A stretch of DNA of 61,051 nucleotides, counting the filler, from Sphacelaria rigidula (taxonomy: Eukaryota): NCBI GenBank assembly GCA_964200075.2. It is 9 parts of 9 records of this genome, joined end to end, with 100 filler letters (N's around TTAATTAATTAA, not from the genome) between each part and the next. Parts side by side here need not be neighbours in the genome. Positions count along the whole stretch, not along the records: positions 47,564 to 54,257 come from CAXNAA020018568.1; positions 54,358 to 61,051 come from CAXNAA020018569.1; 7 more parts are not named here. One strand, written 5' to 3'. The first letter of the stretch is position 1; each line of letters opens with the position of its first letter. Both the position numbers and the translations under genes were made by a program. The notes beneath the pieces are model-generated. The model was not told the DNA's origin, ran no database searches, and worked only from the letters and a program-made list of their open reading frames with translations. Below, piece by piece: positions 50,855 through 61,051 of the stretch.

Positions 50855-51890
50855 CTGCCGTCACCGACATCACGTTGGAAAAAGAGGTGAACAGAGGACA
50901 ACACAGAAAATACACACCCGGTGGTGTTTATTTGTATTGCTTGAGCTGAGCGTGACAGACAAGTTAGGATTGGTTGAAAAAGCCTACGGGAGAGTGAAGT
51001 CACGATAGCCCCCCTCCTCCCCCTCAAACCAGCCCCAAAATTGTCACGAAGGAAATAGCCATACAACGAATGACAGCTGATTTCAGACTTCATGAAGCCC
51101 CTCATATGGGCGACATTGGCGCAGATGATTCCAACCGTGTGGGAGTTCCCGGCTGCTCGGTATGCTCAGCTTTTGTCGTTCTGATCCACACGTGGATTTT
51201 GCCTCATCAAACCAGCCAATTTTCTGGGGGGGGTGGCGGGGGGGTGGGGGGTGGGGGGGGGAGGGGGCAGGGGGAAGGAAGTTTCGCGGCATAACACGGA
51301 ACACCTCAGCATGTATCGATGACCGACGTACATTATATATCAAATGCTCACGGAAATCAGTCAGAACACCCGCGCGCCAACACATTGCATGTGAACACAG
51401 CCGGAACCCCATGCTGCTCCTTTTATTGCTTTTTTTCGCCATTTCTCGGCACTACATCCAAGTGTTTCCACATGTTCTTGTTTAAAAAAATCTTGGCCCA
51501 CGTGGCGTTTCCCCCTCCAAAATCTACGGATATTACTATCCCAAATAGGACAGCAGTAGCAGCACCAGCAGGGCTGATAATTTCAGCCGTCGGTGCATGT
51601 ACTTGTAGTGTGCTGTAAGGCAGCAAGCAAGCTGCCAACCTACAATATCTCCCGACTTAATCGCAACAGGAGGGCTGTGGCACATCAGCATACCAAATTA
51701 CGGCGTCACCTATCCCTCATACTTTTCTCATGGAGCAGCAGAGAACACCGATAGCTTGAAACAAAATCCACTACGCAAAAACTACTTGCGGTGGGTCCGC
51801 CGACACGGTTGCCACTGTACTTGGGCACAAAGCTGCTGGATGAGCTCGCAGATCTTTTCTCATTTTCCGAGCGGCGCCAGTATTCCGGGT

Positions 51891-52020
51891 TGTGTTCTGT
51901 AGGGTAGGATTTCTAACCACCCGGGGTATTCAGCCCGGAATTACCCGTACCCGATACTCCTGTACAATCTGCACATGTTCCCTTTCAGTTGGGGTAAGGG
52001 TATACCCTAACGGAAACACA
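51891..52020. repeat. Small inverted-repeat-bounded element in the AspRS intron
   Basis: TGTGTTCTGTAGGGTA at the left and TACCCTAACGGAAACACA at the right form imperfect inverted ends. Confidence 0.45.
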
Positions 52021-52298
52021 CGTTGGCGGGTAAGGGTTTCTGTACAAGCAACCTCCATACCATACCGACAGTTTCTGTAGTTTGTATGACTTCCATACCG
52101 GTACCAGACACATCTGTAAGATCTGTAAGAGACGACATACCCCACCAAACATACCCCAAGGCCAAAAAAACAAACTTCACAATACGCCTGAAGGGTTGCG
52201 CTGCCTGTATGTACCAAAATAAACCCCAGAGACACCAAGGCTGATTCTGATCCAAAAAATCGTTCTTCAGTCAACGGCTTCCCCGTGTGTTTTCTTAC

Positions 52299-52428
52299 CA
52301 TGTGGCTCTGCCCCGTGCTTGAAGGCCGATAAGTAGGCGTTGATGCCCTCCAGAGGAATTCCCATTGCTGCGGCACGCTGCATCAGGAGCGGCAGGTCGT
52401 GGATACGCTGCGCGCCGGACACGATTTC
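52299..52428 (-). CDS. DARS1: Cytosolic aspartyl-tRNA synthetase, penultimate exon
   Basis: EIVSGAQRIHDLPLLMQRAAAMGIPLEGINAYLSAFKHGAEPH(G), TTTCAG acceptor, GTAAG donor, phase 1 matching the next exon. Confidence 0.93.
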
Positions 52429-53535
52429 CTGAAATGTCGCGTCGTAGAAGTGACGGGGTCGGGTGGGTGTATGCGCAGGGGGAAGGGGGGGGGGCAGAGT
52501 GTCCCATCATGACAGCAGAAGAGATATCTCAGACAAGGGACTGCCAACAGAAAGTAGTAAGTACAATTTCGATTGGAGTGATGGGTAATGGCATGATATC
52601 AACGCGGAGATAATTAAATCACCTGAAAACATGAAAAGTCGAACAAGTATTACGAAATAGTTGCGGCATGCATGTGTCCTCCTGAATGAAACGCAAATCT
52701 CTCATTTTTGGATAACGACTTTACTGGCAAAAAAACACACACACGAATATAACTGCTCGAAAAAAGCGGGAAGGGGAAGGGGGGGGCAAAGAGTCAAAGT
52801 AACGGCGTCGGCGAATGATCATACTGCCAAAAACAGGATTCGGAAAACACCACCCTTTTCTTGATGCAAAAAGTGTACTCGTATCGCAGCAAAAATGCGC
52901 TTTTTGAAATAGACAGTTTTTTTTTTCCTCATTTCCTTCCGCAGATTGGACGTCCGACGATTGAAAAATGTCGTGCGCGTGTGCCTGGGCACCGTGTACT
53001 GGATGATTGGGGGGGTGGTGAAGCAATCGCGCATCAACAACGTAGCTCGCGAGCGAATGTACGAAGTCGTATCCAACGATTCAGATATAAAAATAACAAC
53101 TCTATGGAGGTAATCGTAATTAAGGTAAAAACGGGATTAAGGGATACCCAAAAATGGGTAGAAAATGTCCCTCACGCTGTGTCCATGCTCGTTTGTCTGA
53201 TCTGTGTTTCAAGAGGTTTCATCTCGCTTCTTGTGCAAGGTTGCATACGAAGGTACGCTTGTAAGGGATGGAGAACGAACGCACTCAGCACTCCTGATTT
53301 CACCATAAACAAATAGAGAAAAAATAATCAAAAAATCTGAGCATCATTCACCTGTCTCCAAATTACCGACAGGTGTGACTGCTTTGACGTATAGCTATGG
53401 CGTAAAACTGGCTGGCTGTGCCGTCCGTGATGATGTACTTGTCCTGCCTGCACGATACTGTACTACACTGCACTGCACTATATATATACTGCACTAATTT
53501 ATTTTCACGGTACTGTACCAAGACTCACAACACAC

Positions 53536-53645
53536 TAGGCCTTTACTTATTATGCTAGCACGGTTTTTGAAGAATTCGTTCATCTTGAAAAGAATGTTGG
53601 GTCGCTATTGTGTAAAATCGTGCTAGCATAACAAGTAAAAGCCTA
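53536..53645. mobile_element. 110-bp MITE
   Basis: 32-bp imperfect TIRs TAGGCCTTTACTTATTATGCTAGCACGGTTTT and AAAATCGTGCTAGCATAACAAGTAAAAGCCTA. Confidence 0.75.
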
Positions 53646-56600
53646 CGTACGTCGATATCGCTTTCAGCTTCCAACTAGGAAAAAAAAACACGCGGCCAAA
53701 ACAACAATGACCACACACACTAACGGCCTGAATCCTCTGCCCTCATCACCCACTGTACATACAGGCCGAATGACTCACGCACAAGGTCAACCAAGAACCA
53801 ACGATCATCACCACTTCACGATGCCAAAACTTGCGTCACAGCAAATATTTCCCCACAGGCGAGAGACATCGTGACCTCACAGATAACCAACGACAAACAC
53901 ACGTCAATCAAAATATCGACGGCCGGTCGACAAGGTGATGGACCAGAAATTTCAAGCTTCCGATACAGTACTGCTGCATGGTCCAGGGGTCAAAGTTTCG
54001 TGGTCTCGGATATTGATGTACTCATTGATCGACTCATGGATTGAACATTGCGCATCAACTGGTCTGCTCCGACTCCACCCATAGTCGCTTGATAGGCCCA
54101 TGCACCAGAGGAAAATCTTCGCACGTTAAGCAACAGTGGCTGAAGGGAACTGAAAAAAAGGGGGGCGGGCGGGGGGGGGGGGGGGGGGGGTGTTCATTTG
54201 TGGGTTGGTTTCTGCGGTTGGTCATTTTCCCCGCGCCCCTTTTGGAACGGGGGGGGGNNNNNNNNNNNNNNNNNNNNNNNNNNNNNNNNNNNNNNNNNNN
54301 NTTAATTAATTAANNNNNNNNNNNNNNNNNNNNNNNNNNNNNNNNNNNNNNNNNNNNGGGGGGTCAAAGTGAAAACCGCGAAAGCAAAGACAAAAAGAGT
54401 CCGCCCCCCCCCCCCCCCCACCCCCCCAGTTCAGATCGGTGCTCCGTCTTGAAAGGGATGCGTGGTCAATGGTCAAATGACCAAGGCAAGCACGAAATGA
54501 GTAGCACGCCTGCCTCATCCAGATCATCCTCTTTGCACTTCACCCCAGTCATGTCAAAATAAAAAAGGAGCACCACATGTGAGTACAACATGCCAGAAAA
54601 TTTCCGCGGAAATGCAGTCTACGACTCTCTGCCTGCGTAAAGGCGAAGCCTAGCCTTCAGCCTGCTCACGTTTTGTTCCAATCCTTGCGCAAGACCTTTT
54701 CCCACCTGGAGCAATTTTGCAGGAGGTGCCTTTTCTCACCATTTCTTCTCGTCTTCGTTTCGTTCCCTTCTTTTTTTCCCCTTTTTCCCCCCCTCTTTTT
54801 TTGTATGTCTACAGACTCATCTGTTTTGTCTGTTCAATTATACCTTCCTGTGTTTTTCACGTTTCTTGAGCAAGTGTTCCCGTTTTGTTCACTTTGGGTA
54901 CATGCGTCTATCTCGTGACTGTTCAACCGTAGTTGGATGCGTGGGGGCTCCGTTGATGTCAATCAATCAATCAACCGATCATCATCAGTTAACGCTCGGA
55001 CCAGGGAGGGTGGGGGTGGGGGGGGGCGTAGTTATGGTCTTGCATGCCATAGTCATCAGACCATTGACCTCGCATCCCTACAAAGCCGGGACGGAGCACG
55101 CCGGGTTTTCGTGGGACCAGGCTCGCACTCAATCACCAAGCGCGAAGAGCCGTGATGTGTTCGGCGAGTCGCATGAAGGGTGAGCTGCATCCTGCGAAGA
55201 CTGTTCGGCCCGAAGGGAAGTGATTGCCTTACATATGGACGACAGCCTTGAATGAGTTGCTTCATTTTCTGGTATCGTACCGCCACTTCCAGAGACAGCA
55301 GGGGAGGGGGGAAGGTATCGGCCTATTCGAGAGTTCTTCGTTCCAGGGCGGCCGAGGCAAGAATCCGGGATGAATTCAGACTTTTTTTTTTTTTGCAGAC
55401 GAGGGATCGGCGGGAATCAAGAGGTTCTTCGCCTTCAACAATTCGACTGCTGCGTCCCCGCGGTCTAATAGTTCAACTGAAAGATACTACGTCGGAAGAA
55501 GGCAGCTTTCATTCCCGTCACATGCATTGACATCGTCCTTGAAAACGTGAGAACGTACATGAGTAAGCAAAAATATGCTTTCCGATGGATGCCTAAACAC
55601 TTGGACCGCGAGGGTAGTTCATCTGGACCATGCATACTTCTCTCAAGTGGAACTGATCCGTATTCAACGGATGGACAACCCTCGCGGTCTACAGTAAGAG
55701 TTAAAGTGGTGCGTGCGGGAGTGCCGATCCAATCCGCGATATCTTAACGTCAAGACATGTCTCCGGAAAGACACGCGTTTTGCCCCCGAAGACCACGGAC
55801 TCATCCCGAGGAGGGGGAGGGGTGAAGGTTGAAAGCATGCCGCGGAAGAAAAAAAAAGCACCCTCAAGAGCGTTTGAAATGAATAGCTGGAACGGCAACG
55901 GCACGTGACTTCCAGCGCTTCTCAGGCGCTCAGTTGTAGAGTGCAGTGTCACAAATCGTGTCTTCCGCTGGTCTCTCCTACCCCGACACTACTTCACCCC
56001 CGCCCATGTGGTACACGCCATCCGTAACGCCACAATGTATGTGATGTGCAGTCTATTTTGCACCCGTGAACGGGAACCATGATCACGTTCGCCGTTATCT
56101 TCGTAACCTCTCCCCTCGCCTCCGCCCCTCTTACGTGCCTCGTGTGTGTCAGTGATGACATTATCCCGGGTGTGCTTCAGCGATTGACGATATCACAGGA
56201 ACACGTCATCATTTCGCAGCCAGGTGGGCCGTGGACACCGTCAGCACAACTACATGTGCTGAGACATTCGTACGACGGGTTTTCTGTGTTCACCGTGTAT
56301 TTTAAGGCAAAACAACAGTTTGGCTGAGTTTTTTCGGCGAGAGCTGACGCGGTGCGGAAGTGCTGAGTGCTGATACAATCCACGAGGCTACGTGTAGTGC
56401 AAGGTGTGTACCGGGCTAACGATGGGTTGATTGAACCCTTGAGACCACGCACCCGCCCCGAGGAAGGGGGGTGTACTCATGATCTCGCATGCCATAGTCA
56501 CAACAACACTGGCCTCGCATCCCTACAAAGCCGGGACGGAGCACGCTGGGTTTTCGCCGGACCAGGCTCGACGAATGGGAGGGAACACCACTTTTGTGAG

Positions 56601-57302
56601 ATTGAGAGTAGAGAACTGATCGAGAGTGGCTTCGATCATTCGCTTGAACTCAGCCGATTTTTCATTCCGTGTGTTTTTCTTCGTCTCCATCACTGGCGTG
56701 TGCTTACAGCTTCACGTCGATATCCCACTTGAGGATATCAAGGGTCTCAGTGGCAGGCTACTACAGAAAGCATATCGGGCCTCGTGGAGGGGCACTTCGG
56801 AACTGAAATAGTTTATTCACTAATTGACCGCTTTTCACCCTCAATTGTATCCTCCACTCTCAATCTCACGACAACTTTGTTAGGGGTAAAGCATATATGT
56901 CAACACAACACCAGCCTGTCGTGCGCCGCGTCACTCAGTAGAGTTAACCGGAGTTGGGCGACAGCCTACAATTACTTGATTTCAGTGTGGACAATGATAA
57001 TCGGATCTCAAGTGGGGCTTGACAGTCCCATACGCTCCCGGCGTGCGCAGAACCGTATGGTATTGTCTTTCCCTTGTTAAAAAAAAACCCAACCAACCAA
57101 ACAACCATCCAACCATCCATCCTCAAACAATATTTAATTAATTAATCAACTAAATTATTCATTGTCTTCCCCTTGTCCAATAAAATCAAAATCGCTTCCC
57201 AATCCAACCATATTATTTTTAATTAATTTGTTTGTCACGTAATGTTTGAGGAAGGGATGGGAATGTTGCATCAGGTACCATGTGTGATTTACATTTCTCG
57301 TC

Positions 57303-57905
57303 ACTGGCCTCCCCGAAGGCTCAATTGGTAACCTCGAGGACCCTGCCACGGTTGGGACGTGGGTTCACGTCTCGGTGTATCCTCATCACCTGAAATTTTT
57401 CATCCAATCATGCCCGACAGTGAAAAGCGCCTTTATCGTGAGTACACATAGTTCGAACTCAAAGTCAACGACGGGAAAGGGACCGCTGGACCATGCTCAC
57501 GACAAAAAGGAAGGCAAGCACCACAGAAGGTAGGTGGAAAACCAAAACAAGAAATATATACGAAGTAGATAATCGAGAGCTCCGGAGATCGCTTTTTCGC
57601 CATTTCCGAGTGCAAATATCTCAGGATCGGAGTGTAAGGGAAAAATGTTTCACCCTCCCTTAAATGTGGTATCCCCTTGACCTTTTCTCGATGTTTGAAT
57701 TTATTGCATTATGCACTCTAATCCTGAGACATTTGCACTCTTACGTGACAAAAAAGCGCTTTGTTTTGTGAAACTCTCTAATTACTCATGCATTGGCCTT
57801 CCTCCTGTGACCCCTGCTGGTGCGCCCATATATTCATCGAAAAGGTGTGGACAGGAGTCCGTCCACAACATATGGGATGGCAAAACACCCCACACATACA
57901 CAAAA
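57303..57905 (+). mobile_element. Near full-length diverged tRNA-derived SINE with CA-rich tail, interrupted by a MITE
   Basis: Head GGCTCAATTGGTAACCTCG..GGGTTCAC, body matching 27181-27432, tail CACACATACACA. Confidence 0.7.
57575..57778. mobile_element. MITE with about 60-bp imperfect TIRs nested in the SINE
   Basis: GAGAG..CGCTTTTT..GAGTGCAAATATCTCAGGAT..GAGTG is mirrored by CACTC..ATCCTGAGACATTTGCACTC..AAAAAGCG..CTCTC. Confidence 0.7.
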
Positions 57906-59419
57906 CATCATGTACATTATTATTTGCATCGAGATTGATCGCCCACGCACGCACGTTGTTCTCATTCTCCCTTCCCTTCCCTCCTCTCCCTCTCCTACTT
58001 TTCTTCTGTTCCGTACGTTTGTAGGGTTGGTTGGTTTTGTCTCCCTTTCTTCTTCAGTTTACACCGTTTATTTTCCTGCCATCTTCTTCATCTTCGTTCG
58101 CCTTATTCTTCCTACCACCTTCTCTCGAGTTTCCCTCTAGGGAGAGTCTCCTTCGTTGTTGTGTTTACCCTCTGGGTACGTGTACACGACACGGTGGCTA
58201 GGGCTGGGTCTGTCGACGACCACTTAAATGTGCGCCAATCGAATCAATTTCGATAAGCAAAATACTGAGGCAACCTTCAACTTTGAGCGAAAATATATGG
58301 TTGATTTTTTCGAACAGACCAACCCTAACTCCAACTCTAACTCTAAACCCTATTCCTCTCCTTGAACCAATGCCTACAAGAATCCTAGGGCAAGGGAGGT
58401 GCAAAGATTCTCCTCGGCAAAGCGTGACTTGGCAGACGTCAAATTGACGCCACCGGCACCGAGTTGGACAAAAACACGTTTTGGACGAGCTTCGTCCACT
58501 GCTCACCTGCCTCAAACCATAAATTCATCACAATATTCTTCACTCTAAGATGGAGTATAATAGTCATCCTGTCAACCATAGATTTTCGCCCAAAGCTAAA
58601 GCTCTACTGAAAAAAATACCCTCACCAGCACAGGAGCCAAACTTCCGAGCAATCGTTCCCCCCCAGTTCCTCGAGTCGGCACCGGAGGCGCCGCACTTCC
58701 GTTTCCTGAGCTCCCTATGCCCAACCCCCCCAGCCCGCCCCACGACCCTACCCCAGATTCCTCCTGTCCCCATCCAAGTCCTCCTCGACCTTCGTCCAAA
58801 AATGTTTCTATCCTCGGCGGTGCTTCTATATTTTCCGCGTTCCTGTATGAATATGTAGATATACAAATATCATGAACAATTCATGGATTATGAACCATAA
58901 AATAGAGTCGTGGAGGGAGAAAAAAAAACGAATAAAATAACTTCAGAACCGAATGTACTTCGTTCATTTCTTGAAAATAGAAAACGGTGGAAACCATGAG
59001 GGAGAGCCAGATATGGATGTTGATGGCGAGGAGGGAGAGAGAAAGGAAGAGAATGGGGTGGAGTGGGGGATTCGAATTTTATTTTTTAATCGAGTCGTTC
59101 ATCTTTTTAGCAACAGCAGCTTTTAGCAGATTATTCAGCCTGTACTACTATCTTGGTCGGCAGTTGCTGTACTTCCTGTCCCATAAGTACAGGTCCTTAT
59201 GAGTACACAGGACCTCAATCCTCAGACAGCGACCCCCCCGCAGATTGATTGAGTCGGACTATGCCACATTTGGGGTTCAGTACTGCTCTTTTCTCGCTAC
59301 ACAAAACGCCTTTTTCATAAACATGTGGAATTCGTCATTTACATAAAAAATAGTCTCGGAGAACCCCTGACCAGTTTTGACCCTGCAGGCAATTGCGGGC
59401 AGAGTCGGTATGTATGTGT

Positions 59420-60760
59420 TCCAATGTCTTCACGGGATACAACGGCAAGAGACAGTATAAGCGTGCCGTCGCTCTCCACTGAACACATTTCACTGCATTC
59501 TGCTGATGCCTTTGCCTAGTGCTCAACAACAACAACACTACAGACAGAGTATAGCTATGCTGGCAGCACCTGAGGGGGCAGGCAGGCGGCGTAGACCACG
59601 AGCAGAATACAAAACAAGTTGTTTGTACCCATGCAATCTATGGTTAGTTTTCCATGACCAAAATGGGCCGGTAGGGGTAGACAGCGAATTAGGCCAATGT
59701 AGTCCACCCGAACCGGAAGAACGTGCTCATTTTGACGACCGTGATTGGTCAGAGTGGGCATCCCGCGCCTCTCGGGCCTCGTGCACGGCTCATAATTTCC
59801 CATGAAAACTTTCAAACACACCCGGTTGACTTGGTGAGCTTTTCGGTTCCTCTGCAGACATGCACCCCCCCCCCCTCGGCCACTGGAAACCCCTGAATGT
59901 CTCCGCACTGTCAGCCTGTGAAACTGTTCCGAGGCGACGCTCGCTGTTCAAGGGTTAACCCTTAGACCGCGAGGTTAGTCTTTTGTTGAATCGGCATCGC
60001 TTTCAAGTGAAAAAAACGTATGCACAATCCAGAAAGACTAATCTCGCGGTCTGAGGGTCAACGGCGAGCATAGGTCATTCATTGTATCCGCTTCAATTTC
60101 ACTCGAAAAAAGTATGCATGATCCGGATGGACGGGGCTACCCTCGCGGCCAAGAGGTTGAAACGTCCTCTTCGTAAGCTTCCCTTGGGTAAATAAACCAC
60201 TCGTTTTCGGTGAGCTGATGCCAATTCCAACCGTACACTAATGTACGGTTGTGCGCGCTGCGGTTGCTGAAGGGTTGTGAACCCTTAGACAGCGAGAGTA
60301 GCACATCTGCTGCATCAGCATCAATTTCACTTGGAAAAGCTATCGATGGTCCAGATGAACTACCCCGTGGTCAAGGGATTACCGTTAGACAGCGAGCGTC
60401 ACCTCGGAACAGTTCCACCGGCTGACAGACCGGGGACATCCAAGGTTTTTCCAGAAGACGGGGGAGGTGATTTTTGACCCGGTGGGAACCTGTTTGCAGG
60501 ACAGCCGAAAAGCTCACCAAGTACACCACGTTTGTAAAAGAGTTTCTCGGGGAAAATTACAGGCGAAGGAGGTTCGAGAGGAGCGGGGTAACCATTCTAA
60601 CCAATCACGGCTATCAAAATGATCCCCTACGGGTGGACTACAGGTGGACTCCTTCGCTGTCTAGCCGTATTTCTCATTTTGGTACTTGCAATTCAACCAC
60701 AGATGACATGGACACAAACAACGTGATTTTTACTTTTTACTACGAGCTGGGCCAGCTGAC
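59420..60760. mobile_element. Cluster of piggyBac-like non-autonomous elements and ~100-bp MITEs
   Basis: AAGGG-TTAA-CCCTT junction at 59950-59963. MITE 59959-60057 has 25-bp TIRs (23/25 match). Related units lie at about 60061-60156 and 60282-60377, and an inverted long element starts at 60382. Confidence 0.7.
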
Positions 60761-61051
60761 GGTGATTTGCGAATGTATCCGGACCAGGCGGTGGGTAATC
60801 CGAAGCGTTGGGCGCTGAAAATTGGACACGACATTTTTATCATCAGGCCTTGTCTTAGAGCGGGTCTTCGCACTTTTTTCTTCAATCGAAGAAGTGCGAT
60901 CGATTTTTTTTGCCTCTGATAGGTCCACTGCATTCATGTTCCTCGAAGGCTTCAACGCAAAATTATAATTAGCGGCGCGCGGAGAAGAATGCAACGAGTA
61001 AAAAACATATTTTTTTCGATCGAAAACATGCAGTCGAAAGGCACGAAGCGG

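Overview
This window is not one continuous locus. It is nine contigs of 6694-6695 bp joined by eight identical 100-nt linkers (N44-TTAATTAATTAA-N44), so adjacency across linkers is meaningless. The DNA is intron-rich, repeat-rich and eukaryotic, most likely a stramenopile such as a brown alga (inference from gene families, GT-AG introns and repeat types). Host genes were reconstructed by hand from splice sites: a stramenopile-type RKGKWT..CDPMRITKK Myb-like protein (contig 1), an ankyrin+IQ protein (contig 4), a gelsolin/villin-family protein (contig 5), a USP40-like C-terminal region (contig 6), an unknown protein with a B-lectin-like end (contig 7) and the 3' end of cytosolic aspartyl-tRNA synthetase (contig 8). 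Mobile DNA dominates: a degenerate chromodomain Ty3/Gypsy element, two LINE families, tRNA-derived SINEs and several MITE types (P-like, piggyBac-like, Stowaway-like, foldback). The strongest candidate for an undescribed system is a LINE plus a non-autonomous ~575-bp partner that share a structured 3' end, terminate in poly(C) rather than poly(A), and stack head-to-tail in C-runs. No CRISPR array, rRNA gene or intact tRNA gene was found. No database searches were run, so novelty claims are unverified.
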